From a virus, in IMG/VR virus record IMGVR_UViG_3300025769_014365, positions 32,196-96,195 of that record: a stretch of DNA of 64,000 bases; one strand, written 5' to 3'. The notes beneath the pieces were generated by a model that made no database searches, had not been told where the DNA came from, and saw nothing but the letters and a program-made list of their open reading frames with translations. A program made the translations under genes and the position numbers. Below, in pieces: positions 1-9,102 of this stretch; position 1 is the stretch's first letter; each line of letters opens with the position of its first letter.

Positions 1-81
1 CCAGACGCAGTGGAGCAGAAGGCACCAGCCAAGAAAGCAACCAAGAAAGCGGATGCCAAGACGACAGCCGCCAAAGAATAG
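1..81 (+). CDS. 3' end of a gene truncated by the window edge (Lys/Ala-rich tail)
   Basis: Frame 1 reads PDAVEQKAPAKKATKKADAKTTAAKE, then TAG at 79-81; it overlaps the start of the next ORF. Confidence 0.6.
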   Translation, partial: PDAVEQKAPAKKATKKADAKTTAAKE

Positions 82-397
82 CACTTGGGTACAGTTGACG
101 AAGGATTTCGTCAAGGAATGGCCGGAGGTCCTGGAGGGACTACAGTTCCAGAACATGCCGGTCAAGTACCTAATGTACGTGAATATTATCCTCAAGAACA
201 ACATCACCATACACTACGACATAGCCAAGGAACTTCGAAAGAAGAAGCAGGCCACTATAGCAAAATTTCTCAAAGAGACCATAGAGACACACTACCAGAA
301 GATCAAGACGGTGGATCTCAAATTTGACATTCCCGCGTTGAAACGGGACATGGAGTCTAGGACTTCTCTGTTAATGGATAAGACTTTTCGAAAGTAG
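53..397 (+). CDS. hypothetical phage protein (114 aa)
   Basis: ORF with phage-like codon usage, convergent with the minus-strand cluster; no motif recognised. Confidence 0.65.
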   Translation: MPRRQPPKNSTWVQLTKDFVKEWPEVLEGLQFQNMPVKYLMYVNIILKNNITIHYDIAKELRKKKQATIAKFLKETIETHYQKIKTVDLKFDIPALKRDMESRTSLLMDKTFRK

Positions 398-1246
398 ATC
401 TAAATTTTTGGCCACTTCGATGGCATTGTCTACGTCTGATAAGGGTTTTCTTTTATCTCTTACACATTCGACAAATTCTATCAGCTCATTGCGTAGAGGA
501 TTTGATTCTATGATAAATTGTTCAATTGTCGGCTCATAATTCATTCTATCTTGGTTCCAGATGTTGGTTGTGAGTTTGACTGTTTTCTTTTCTTCGTCCC
601 AAAATATCATGCCCCTGGTGCCAATTATAGCAGTGGTGCGCACCTTTTCGGGATAATACCAACTGAGATTGAATTTCACAGGAATGTTATTACAAGTGAA
701 TTCGAACTCGTCCCTGTCATTCTGTACCTTTGCACTGAACTTATGCCCAATGTGTTTGACGTTTTTGAACTCATGCGTGCCCAACCAATAGTGTATGATG
801 CTGACATCATGTGGTGCCAGGCTGTGTAAGGTACTGATCTTGGTCTGGAACCGGCCCCAATTCAACCTGTTCATTTCAACATGTTGTATTTCACCTATCC
901 TTGGTAGCAGTTCTTTAATTTTTCTCACCCTGTCATTGTATAGGAATATGTGTCCCACCATCAATGTCTGTTGTTTTAAAAAACTTTTTATAACACAACA
1001 GTCAGTACACGTCAAAGCCAACGGTTTTTCAACATACAGGTTTTTATCTTTCTGCAGGAGAGATATCGTCTGACTGTAGTGATCCCAAGCGGGTGTGGCA
1101 AGTATGACATTTTCGAAACTTATGTCATTCAAATCCTTTCCGTCCTTGATATCTATTACCTCTATCTCGTCCACTCCAGGTATGGTTTCCAGTTCTGTTT
1201 TGAGTTTGGATCCCCAGTAGCCCGCTCCCACAAGACTAATTCGCAT
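371..1246 (-). CDS. Gfo/Idh/MocA family NAD-dependent oxidoreductase (WbpB/GnnA-like sugar dehydrogenase)
   Basis: N-terminal GAGYWG Rossmann motif, ATP..H, VEKPLA, MVGH and LAPHD motifs. Confidence 0.88.
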   Translation of the reverse strand: MRISLVGAGYWGSKLKTELETIPGVDEIEVIDIKDGKDLNDISFENVILATPAWDHYSQTISLLQKDKNLYVEKPLALTCTDCCVIKSFLKQQTLMVGHIFLYNDRVRKIKELLPRIGEIQHVEMNRLNWGRFQTKISTLHSLAPHDVSIIHYWLGTHEFKNVKHIGHKFSAKVQNDRDEFEFTCNNIPVKFNLSWYYPEKVRTTAIIGTRGMIFWDEEKKTVKLTTNIWNQDRMNYEPTIEQFIIESNPLRNELIEFVECVRDKRKPLSDVDNAIEVAKNLDLLSKSLIH

Positions 1247-2357
1247 AGAACTCCTTGATAGATTTCACTATGAAGTCTTGGTGATGTTCAGGAAGAGTGT
1301 GGTAACATGGCAGACTGACTATGTTCTCACAGATGCGTTCAGTCACGGGTAATTCTGTGCCGTCGGCAAACGCCTTGGTCTTGTGGGTGGGAAATTTGTA
1401 GTGTATGTTTGTCTGTATTCCTTTTTGTGCCAAAAAATCTTGTAAGTCGTCACGAGTTCCCTCGGGTGTCTCTATAACATAAACGTAGTAGGAGTGTTTT
1501 GACCATGGTGCTTCTTTGGGGCACTTGACCACTTCCTTCAATTGCTCAGTGTATTTGCGACAAATTAATCTCTTTTTGTCTAACCATTCATCTATCTTTT
1601 TCAGTTTGGCCTGAACGATCACCGCTTGTAGATTGTCTATCCTGGCATTGTATCCCACGGTGTCATACTCGAACTTTGTTTTCCTGCCATGGTCCCTATA
1701 CATGCGCACTTTGTCTATCAAATCCTTGTCACCAGTGACAGCACCCGCATCTCCCATGGCACCTAGGTTCTTTACAGGATTGAAACTGAAGCAAGTGAGG
1801 TCGACTAGGCTTCCAACTTTTTTGCCGTTGTATTCCGCGCCAAAGCTCTGTGCGGCGTCCTCTATCACTGCGAGATTCCACTGCTTTGCGAATTCCATTA
1901 TCTTGTCTATGTCCGGTGTTTGTCCATAAAGGTCTACGAAAAGTATGGCCTTGAGCCTGCTGGAGTATATGAGCTGATCTGTGTCTATGTGATAAAATTC
2001 ATTAACGTCGATGAACCTGGGTATCGCTCCTACATTCACAATTGATTCTGTGGTTGATACAAAAGTGTGTCCTACCGTGAGCACTTCGTCGCCTGGTCCG
2101 ATATCTAATGCTTTCAAGGCACAAGTTAGCGCGTTCGTTCCCGATCCAATACTGGCACAGTCCTCTGCCCCAGTGTATTCACTGATTGCTTTTTCGAACT
2201 TGTCCACAGTGGGTCCTGTTATGAAATCGGAACGTGTGATGATGTCCGCTATGGCGGCGTCTATGTCAGACTTGACCTCCTCATACTGAGGATACAAGTC
2301 AACGAACGGTATTTTCGTATTTTGATTCATAATGTTGTTTAAGCCATTCAAAGTCAT
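1236..2357 (-). CDS. DegT/DnrJ/EryC1/StrS PLP-dependent sugar aminotransferase (true start may lie near 2330)
   Basis: IPFVDL N-terminus, SGTNAL, EDAAQSFGA, SFNPVKNLGAMGDAG (PLP lysine), GYNARID. Confidence 0.93.
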   Translation of the reverse strand: MTLNGLNNIMNQNTKIPFVDLYPQYEEVKSDIDAAIADIITRSDFITGPTVDKFEKAISEYTGAEDCASIGSGTNALTCALKALDIGPGDEVLTVGHTFVSTTESIVNVGAIPRFIDVNEFYHIDTDQLIYSSRLKAILFVDLYGQTPDIDKIMEFAKQWNLAVIEDAAQSFGAEYNGKKVGSLVDLTCFSFNPVKNLGAMGDAGAVTGDKDLIDKVRMYRDHGRKTKFEYDTVGYNARIDNLQAVIVQAKLKKIDEWLDKKRLICRKYTEQLKEVVKCPKEAPWSKHSYYVYVIETPEGTRDDLQDFLAQKGIQTNIHYKFPTHKTKAFADGTELPVTERICENIVSLPCYHTLPEHHQDFIVKSIKEFYAN

Positions 2358-3618
2358 ATGATAGCATTAATTTTTCGTTATCGCGATGATATTTTTGGTA
2401 GTATTCGTGGGCGTCATTGGCTCCTCGGAGACACCATTCAGAGTTTTTTCCTTCGGCCACATTCAGCCATTTTTTCAGTCTGTAGTTTGTTTCTACTGTG
2501 GGTTTTGATTGTTTCAACTTGACAACTTCTCTAAACGCTGTCCTCCAAGCAAGCCAGGGAGTTTCGTTGAAGTGATTGATAGCGGATAGAATAGGCACAC
2601 GATCATGCGGTGCCGATAGCGTGAAGTCTAAACCTGGATTGGTTGTCTGCATGACTAATTCTTTATTGTACAAAAGCACTGCGCCATGTCCATATTCCAG
2701 TCCGTTCACTGGATTTTTACAGTTGAAAATGTAGTGACAAGGATTTTTTAGCCTATTTGGCTGGAAGTCAAATTTGAAACTGTCTAAAATTTCAAGTTTA
2801 GGAAACACGGCAAAAAAATAATCTGTTTCACTCATAGACGCCGCTGTCATGTAGGCTAGCGTTTGCCCTACAACATTTTTACACCATTTGGCTCTGGGAT
2901 ATTTTGATTTAAGAATTGAAAACCTCTGAGACGCACTGGGTTCATCGTAAGAAATGAATATTATGTCCATCTGTCTAGATTGGTAGTCAAGATCAAAGTG
3001 CACCATTCTGTCTATGTCATGAAATTGCTTGATGTCCTTGCCCCCAGGAACCAACATTACATCGTTGGTATGTCCCCAACAGTAAAGTTTTTCATCGTCC
3101 CAAAAACTGGGATAAAAGTTGGGCAATTCTAAATCTTTAAGATCTTTATTGACCATCCAATAGTAAAAAGCCGAAGCATCATTGTTGTATGCCTCCAATG
3201 GATTTCCTAGTTTGAAGTAAATCTTTCCTATAGGTCTCTGGAACAATGTGCTATGAGCATGGTAATTTATGTCTTTGTAATCCCTAAGAAATCTTATGTT
3301 GTGCATCTGCTTTTTGAATTCTTCCGTGGGTATCAACATCACGTTCCCTTCTTTGTTCAATCCCCCTGACTTATGCGTTGTATACCAAACATGTATTTGA
3401 CTCCTTTCATGTTTCTCTGGTATGAAATCTGTATCTATGTCTGTGATGTCTACGAAATTTGAAAAAAACCAAAAATGTTCAGTCTTTACATCATTCACCA
3501 CGGCTTTCAATACCTCAAGATAGTTTTCAACAAATGGTACCTGTCTCGTGTTAGCAAATGGAGATGGTATGTGTTTAGTGTTTTTAAATCTTACCTGTAT
3601 ACTGTCGAATCCAGTCAT
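2299..3618 (-). CDS. glycosyltransferase-like phage protein (C-terminal GT-A-like domain)
   Basis: C-terminal half (DIIFISYDEP...NPVNGLEYGHG...AWRTAFREVVKL) aligns by eye with the 15128-16051 protein; the DxD position is degenerate (FAVFPK). Confidence 0.6.
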   Translation of the reverse strand: MTGFDSIQVRFKNTKHIPSPFANTRQVPFVENYLEVLKAVVNDVKTEHFWFFSNFVDITDIDTDFIPEKHERSQIHVWYTTHKSGGLNKEGNVMLIPTEEFKKQMHNIRFLRDYKDINYHAHSTLFQRPIGKIYFKLGNPLEAYNNDASAFYYWMVNKDLKDLELPNFYPSFWDDEKLYCWGHTNDVMLVPGGKDIKQFHDIDRMVHFDLDYQSRQMDIIFISYDEPSASQRFSILKSKYPRAKWCKNVVGQTLAYMTAASMSETDYFFAVFPKLEILDSFKFDFQPNRLKNPCHYIFNCKNPVNGLEYGHGAVLLYNKELVMQTTNPGLDFTLSAPHDRVPILSAINHFNETPWLAWRTAFREVVKLKQSKPTVETNYRLKKWLNVAEGKNSEWCLRGANDAHEYYQKYHRDNEKLMLSYDFEWLKQHYESKYENTVR

Positions 3619-4543
3619 GATAACTTTCTAGTCCCTGCCTTAGAGAGAATTTGGGTTCGTAGCCTAAAAGGTCCTTGGCCCTGCTGATGTCCAGTGTGCC
3701 ACGCAACGGATACAACTTGTGCATGCCAATGTCTTCCAGTTCCGACTTGCTTCCGGTTATGTCTACGATGGTCTCTGCCAGCGTCCTGAGACTGTTAGCG
3801 TTGCCCGCCGTCATGTTGAAACTGGTATTGGCTACTTCTGAGGTCGCGGCCTTGATTATGCCATAAGCGGCGTCCTGCCTGTACGTGAAGTCCACTTTGT
3901 TGTCTCCATTGTGTAGTGTGATGGTCTTGTTGTTCATAGCCTTGTCAAAGAACTTGGACACCACCCTGTCTGGCAGGTCTCCTGGCCCGTACACCCCACT
4001 GGGCCTGACTATCACGTAGTTGAGTCCATCACGTTTCGCGAAAAGTTTTGTGAGCCTCTCTCCTGTGAGCTTGGCCTCACCGTATATGTTGGTGGGCTTT
4101 GTGGTCGAGTCTTCACGTGTTCCGTCTATGAAGTCCCCGTACACCATGCTACTGCTGATGTACACGAATTTCTTTGTGCCGAACTTGGAAGCGTGCCATA
4201 ATAAGTTTGTTGTCGTGTCAATGACCTTGGGTATGCCCAGTATGGGATCCTCATCCACTATCTTGGCACGTGGATACGTGGCCATGTGTATGACAATGTC
4301 TGGTTGCGCCTTGAAAGCCCTCAGGCACACATCGCGATCAAGCAGGTCACCGTTGATTATGGAAACGTTCTTGTGGTCCCAATTCCTGGTCCTCCAGGCT
4401 ATCAGTTTGTTCAACTCCACAGTTGATATTATTCCGTATGTGTCTTTGTTGTCTACACATGTTATAAGATGTCCATCCTGTGATAATTTTTCTATGACTT
4501 TGGTTCCTATGAATCCCAGTCCGCCTGTTATCAAAAATTTCAT
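3584..4543 (-). CDS. NAD-dependent nucleotide-sugar epimerase/dehydratase
   Basis: ITGGLGFIG, YISSSMVYG, YGEAK (YxxxK), VYGPG, DFTY. Confidence 0.93.
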   Translation of the reverse strand: MKFLITGGLGFIGTKVIEKLSQDGHLITCVDNKDTYGIISTVELNKLIAWRTRNWDHKNVSIINGDLLDRDVCLRAFKAQPDIVIHMATYPRAKIVDEDPILGIPKVIDTTTNLLWHASKFGTKKFVYISSSMVYGDFIDGTREDSTTKPTNIYGEAKLTGERLTKLFAKRDGLNYVIVRPSGVYGPGDLPDRVVSKFFDKAMNNKTITLHNGDNKVDFTYRQDAAYGIIKAATSEVANTSFNMTAGNANSLRTLAETIVDITGSKSELEDIGMHKLYPLRGTLDISRAKDLLGYEPKFSLRQGLESYHDWIRQYTGKI

Positions 4544-4692
4544 TAAAATTCCTTCTTTACACCAACGGTTGGGTTTTCAACACAACTGTCTGTGATTTCC
4601 TTCATTGTTCCTTTTTCTAAATTCACACTACAGGTTGCCGATGGTTTGATCCCGCAACCTACCACTAATACTAACACAATTAGATATCTCAT
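4543..4692 (-). CDS. small lipoprotein (49 aa; not in the ORF track)
   Basis: Hand translation MRYLIVLVLVVGCGIKPSATCSVNLEKGTMKEITDSCVENPTVGVKKEF; hydrophobic stretch plus lipobox Cys; overlaps both neighbours (ATGA and TAATG). Confidence 0.75.
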   Translation of the reverse strand: MRYLIVLVLVVGCGIKPSATCSVNLEKGTMKEITDSCVENPTVGVKKEF

Positions 4693-6161
4693 CCTAGTAC
4701 TTTAACTCCGTACTTGTTGGTAAATGCTCGACCGTCCTCCCTGTCATTGACTATCGGCTGTCCTTTTATGTTGAGACTGGTGTTGAGCAGTATGGGACAC
4801 CCGGTCTGTCGTTTCCATTCTGTGAGCAGTGCGTGGAACCCTGGATTGTCCGTCTTACGCACGGTTTGAACCCTGGAAGTGTGATCATGGTGTATTATAG
4901 CAGGAAACTCTTTACCATGCGTACACGCCGCTGTAAACTGCATATAAGGGGTGTTTTTGACGGCTTTAGGCAGGGTAAAATACTGGTGTACATCCTCTTC
5001 TAATATGGCTGGTGCGAATGGTCTGAATTGCTGTCTCTTCTTTATGGAATTAACCAGATCCTTGATGTCCTCACCCCTGGGGTCGGCCAGCAGTGATCTA
5101 TTACCAAGTGCTCGTGGACCAAACTCTGCCCTACCACTGGCCACACCCACCATCCGGTTTTCCTTAAGTTCTTTTATCAGACTGTCCACGGGATATTCAC
5201 CTTCTATGTTGTGTCCTAGGAACGGATGCTCCCAATTCAAGTGGGATTTCTGGTGTGCGGCTATACACCCTAGGCTTGACCCCGCATCACCGGGATTGGG
5301 TATGATCCATATGTTGTCAAACAGGCCCATGTTTGCCAATACTCTGTTTGCGGCACAGTTCAGTGCCACTCCTCCGGCATACACCAGATTACGTGATCCG
5401 TATCGGCTGGCCCTGGCCCATAAGTCTGCCAGGCATTCTTCCGTGACCTCCTGTATGCTGGCCGCTATGTCCATCACATCGGCCTCCGGGTGCCAGTCAT
5501 TCAATCCTCTGTGTAAATTTTTCTTCAAACTGAACGGTGATTGGTTCACGAAATCGTTGTATATGTCTTCCTTGTATTTTGGCTTGCCATATGCGGCCAT
5601 GCCCATTAGGATGTATTCCTCTTCCGCAGGTTTGAGTCCACAACGATGTGTGAACGCACTGTAGAGTATTCCTATGCTGTGCGGATACTTGATGGTCTCT
5701 TTCCTTTCGATCCATACCTTGTCTGCTGTGGATATAGACACGGTGTCCCACTCTCCTATGGCGTCCACGGTCAGTATCGTGGCCCCTTCGTCCCGGAACG
5801 GTGAAGTGAAGTAGCCCGCCGCCGCGTGTGAGTCATGGTGCTGGACGTACTCGTCTATCTTTATGCCGAAGTGATCCAAGTGCCACTGTGGCATCTCTGT
5901 GTAGCTCATGGCAAGTCCATACTGTCCCGCGTAGAACTGCCTGGTCTTTTTTACCAATGGCTTCTCGTAGTACACCACCTTGTCGAAAGGTCCAAAGGTA
6001 CGTGCCTCGTCCACGATCCTCTGGTTGAGGTAGTGATCGTTCTTGACCTTGCTGTATCTCTCTGCGTGTGCGGCCCACAGGATCTCTCCTATGCCGGAAC
6101 TGTAGTCAACTACCGCCATGGCGGCATCATGATTCATGCAGTTGATGCCTAGTATTTTCAA
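4689..6161 (-). CDS. carbamoyltransferase (NodU/CmcH/TobZ family); likely TTG start at 6161
   Basis: KILGI...HDAA, HHDSHAAAG, VDAIGE, YAGGVALNC, PGDAG, EFGPRALGNRS, FRPFAP, SRVQTV, LLNTSLN. Confidence 0.95.
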   Translation of the reverse strand: MKILGINCMNHDAAMAVVDYSSGIGEILWAAHAERYSKVKNDHYLNQRIVDEARTFGPFDKVVYYEKPLVKKTRQFYAGQYGLAMSYTEMPQWHLDHFGIKIDEYVQHHDSHAAAGYFTSPFRDEGATILTVDAIGEWDTVSISTADKVWIERKETIKYPHSIGILYSAFTHRCGLKPAEEEYILMGMAAYGKPKYKEDIYNDFVNQSPFSLKKNLHRGLNDWHPEADVMDIAASIQEVTEECLADLWARASRYGSRNLVYAGGVALNCAANRVLANMGLFDNIWIIPNPGDAGSSLGCIAAHQKSHLNWEHPFLGHNIEGEYPVDSLIKELKENRMVGVASGRAEFGPRALGNRSLLADPRGEDIKDLVNSIKKRQQFRPFAPAILEEDVHQYFTLPKAVKNTPYMQFTAACTHGKEFPAIIHHDHTSRVQTVRKTDNPGFHALLTEWKRQTGCPILLNTSLNIKGQPIVNDREDGRAFTNKYGVKVLG

Positions 6162-6481
6162 TGATTCCTCCTGCCGTCGAACACACAAAGGAAATGCAGT
6201 CCATCTGCTCCTGTTTCCACCCTATGGTGCACTCCGTCCTCGATTAGCACCACATCTCCGGCGTGTACATCATGCGGTTTATCATCGAGATATATTTTAC
6301 CAGATCCTTTCACAAAGTAATAGACTTCTTCCTGTCCTGCATGTTTGTGCCCCGAAGTACTTTTGTGGGGATTTAATTCTGTGGTGCTGACAACAAGATT
6401 CTTGAGGTGCGTGTTGTCCTTGACCACGTATCGTTCATCCTGTTTTACTATGTCACCTATGTTCTCTAGATTTATCTTCAT
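6158..6481 (-). CDS. cupin domain protein (likely start MKINL at 6481)
   Basis: GHKHAGQEEVYYFVKGSG and GDVVLIEDGVHHRV metal-binding cupin motifs. Confidence 0.85.
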   Translation of the reverse strand: MKINLENIGDIVKQDERYVVKDNTHLKNLVVSTTELNPHKSTSGHKHAGQEEVYYFVKGSGKIYLDDKPHDVHAGDVVLIEDGVHHRVETGADGLHFLCVFDGRRNH

Positions 6482-7041
6482 GCTATCTTCAATGCCTCTT
6501 TGGTCTTCTCCAGGTATTTCTCCCACTGCTCTAGCGTGATGTCGTACTCGAAGTTCTGTGTGTGTTCATTCTTCCTCAACAACTTGGCTCCGTTCTTGAT
6601 GTGGAACCGTTCCGCCATCTCTGTGAGTGGACTAAGGGTGATCAATCTTTCTATGTGATGTTCCCTCTTGAATTTCTTATATACTTCGTTCAATATATGT
6701 TTGCCGCCACCCTTCTTTCGTGCCCACACAGTGTAGGCTATGGCTATCCTGCCCACCAGGCCACCACGCAGTATGCTCTGGTTGTAGGCGTCATGCGACA
6801 TCAACGCCATCTCCTCCACGGATGCTGGCACGTCGTTGGTGAACGCTAGACATATGATCGCCGCAATTTCTCCCGCCTCGTCTCTTAACCCTAGTATTCT
6901 CTTGCCATCACTAATTCGGAAATCAACAGAAAGTTCTGGACGCACGGGATCCTCTGTGATGTCTATGTGTTCTAGATCCACAAGCTCAAATCGTGGATTG
7001 CGTGTGAACAGATCTTTTAACTTCTGTTTGATCTTTTCCAT
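6478..7041 (-). CDS. hypothetical protein, possible GNAT-like fold
   Basis: YTVWARKKGGGKHIL resembles the acetyl-CoA binding motif A; TLSP..A.RFH.KNGA. Confidence 0.5.
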   Translation of the reverse strand: MEKIKQKLKDLFTRNPRFELVDLEHIDITEDPVRPELSVDFRISDGKRILGLRDEAGEIAAIICLAFTNDVPASVEEMALMSHDAYNQSILRGGLVGRIAIAYTVWARKKGGGKHILNEVYKKFKREHHIERLITLSPLTEMAERFHIKNGAKLLRKNEHTQNFEYDITLEQWEKYLEKTKEALKIA

Positions 7042-7044
7042 GTG

Positions 7045-7149
7045 TTATTTGTATATGAAAGGATCCTTCTTCTTGAGTTCTTTCAATCTCTTCCTATACC
7101 GGATCTCTTCTCTGACCTTGTTCCACATCCTTTTAAACCATCTGATCAT
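7045..7149 (-). CDS. small basic peptide ending DPFIYK (34 aa; not in the ORF track)
   Basis: Hand translation MIRWFKRMWNKVREEIRYRKRLKELKKKDPFIYK; fills the gap exactly, with an ATGA overlap with the upstream gene. Confidence 0.75.
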   Translation of the reverse strand: MIRWFKRMWNKVREEIRYRKRLKELKKKDPFIYK

Positions 7150-7943
7150 CTTTGTCCTCCTGTTATTTTTTCAAAAGTTGGTAACATTAATTTTACAGCA
7201 TCTGAGTGTGCTTGGTCAAGCGGATGTGTTGTGGCACGTTCATAATCGTTTAACAGTGCCCATTGGTTGAATCCCATCATCCTGTCCCCAAAAGAGTACC
7301 ATTTGTCAAGATCTATCTCGGTATGAAGTGCGTTCATCAATCCATCCATCTCCTTGTGGTGTGTAAACTTGTTGTAGAAAAGTGTGTTGTCAGCCAACGT
7401 GAAAAAGAATGGTATTCTTTTCTTCTCCAATATATTCTGTAGCCACGTGATCGATTTCCAACTGAGGTAAATCTCATGATACTCGTTGGCCGCATATTTG
7501 TACAGGCTATCTGCGAAATCACGCACACCAGTTTTTAACATACTATCTGTCCTCTTCTCCCAGATCTCCTGTTGTATTTGTGACTTGGCCAATTTGTCCA
7601 TGGCTTCATCATGTCCTGCCCTAGTGTCCCATGGCGACACAGAAACCCATCTATCACGTCCCAACATCTTGTGTTCTGGCATCGCCCAGTCATACCTAGA
7701 TGGGAAACTCCACATCACAGCCACCGCACCTATGTCTTGTGTATCGTGCACGGCAGTGAAAACACGCCTGGCTATGGCCTGATTGCCCAATCCTCCAACA
7801 GCAGTGCACACGTACTCCATGCCTGCGTGTTCACACAAGCGATGTGCCCAAGTTTTGCGTGATGGTGTGTTGCCGTTCACATCGTCACTAAGCTCATTGC
7901 CAAACGTGAAACTGCAACCACCTGCTATAAATTTCTTATTCAT
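7146..7943 (-). CDS. SGNH-hydrolase-like protein
   Basis: GGCSFTFG (block I-like), GLGNQAI, C-terminal THP; paralogous to 13032-13778. Confidence 0.55.
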   Translation of the reverse strand: MNKKFIAGGCSFTFGNELSDDVNGNTPSRKTWAHRLCEHAGMEYVCTAVGGLGNQAIARRVFTAVHDTQDIGAVAVMWSFPSRYDWAMPEHKMLGRDRWVSVSPWDTRAGHDEAMDKLAKSQIQQEIWEKRTDSMLKTGVRDFADSLYKYAANEYHEIYLSWKSITWLQNILEKKRIPFFFTLADNTLFYNKFTHHKEMDGLMNALHTEIDLDKWYSFGDRMMGFNQWALLNDYERATTHPLDQAHSDAVKLMLPTFEKITGGQR

Positions 7944-9102
7944 ATATTCTTAAAACCTTATTTAAAAGGGGAAACATGTCTCCAAAATTTTCATTTCTGT
8001 ACCTATCTGTCTGCAGTATGCGTGCCTTCCTCTGTTCTCTGAGCTCGGGGGTGTCCCTGTCCGCCGCGTTCATGAAACGTATGCTGGGCTGGTAGTCAGT
8101 CAGCATGTGATATCTATCTGTAACAATCTCCTTGACCTGCCGCGGCAGTGTCTGTATGTTGAAAACGTCAGGATCAAAACAAGTGTTGACGTAAAAGAAT
8201 TTGGGCTGGTACTGTGCGACCCACAAAGCCATTTTGGCCCAGTTGAACACGTTGAATATCGATACTGTTGAACATATCTGGAAGTCCATGTTGTCTGTTT
8301 TCATTTCTTTGAATTTAACCAGATTTTGATTCACTTCCCTCCACTTGGCAGGATGTCTCTGGTACTCGAAAGGTGCCCCAACGTCGTCAATGCTGAACGC
8401 CACTTCCACGTGTTTGAAATAACTCCACAGGTCAAATATTTCCTGTGGTGGTAACTGCGTGCCGTTGGTGTTGTAGTGTATGTCTATTTTCTTGGCGTAT
8501 CCTTTCTCAACACAGTGCATCAAGATCTTGAAGTGATCTTTGATCATGAACGGTTCTCCTCCTGTGAACTCGAAATACTCCACGTGCTTGAGATCTTCCT
8601 GCAGGTCCTCGAAGAACTGTGGGTTACGCTTGGGCCATCCGCCCTCTTTTAAATTTTGCCTTGCTACGGGATTCTCACCGTAGTCCAATTCCTCCTGGGC
8701 CCATTTCGAAGAACTCCAAGATCCACATATCCTACACTTGAGGTTACACACGTTGCCCAACTTAAAGTCAATGAACTTCAGCGTTGGCTCGCTATCGGGT
8801 GTCCAGCCCGTCAGGCTCTTCTGCATCTTGTATATGCTGTTCTGTCTCTTGGACGTCTTGCCCGCGTCCTCCTCCTGCCAACAGCTCTGGCAACCTGCCG
8901 GGCGTTCTCCTTTACGGAACTGTTCGCGGAGATCGGTCATGTATGCCGTGTCCTGTATGGATTTGAGGCTCTGTTTATACACCTTCACGCCAGGCACACT
9001 GCCTTTGTACAGACAACACGGAGATGCGCCTCCATTAACATCCACTTCCAGGTGCGTCCATGGCAACGGGCACACGTTTGATTTTATATACTTGTCCACC
9101 AT
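7936..9102 (-). CDS. radical SAM protein with N-terminal twitch/SPASM-like domain
   Basis: CPLPWTH...PCC, CQSCW, CNLKCRIC (CxxxCxxC), GGEPF, YNTNGT. Confidence 0.9.
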   Translation of the reverse strand: MVDKYIKSNVCPLPWTHLEVDVNGGASPCCLYKGSVPGVKVYKQSLKSIQDTAYMTDLREQFRKGERPAGCQSCWQEEDAGKTSKRQNSIYKMQKSLTGWTPDSEPTLKFIDFKLGNVCNLKCRICGSWSSSKWAQEELDYGENPVARQNLKEGGWPKRNPQFFEDLQEDLKHVEYFEFTGGEPFMIKDHFKILMHCVEKGYAKKIDIHYNTNGTQLPPQEIFDLWSYFKHVEVAFSIDDVGAPFEYQRHPAKWREVNQNLVKFKEMKTDNMDFQICSTVSIFNVFNWAKMALWVAQYQPKFFYVNTCFDPDVFNIQTLPRQVKEIVTDRYHMLTDYQPSIRFMNAADRDTPELREQRKARILQTDRYRNENFGDMFPLLNKVLRIYE

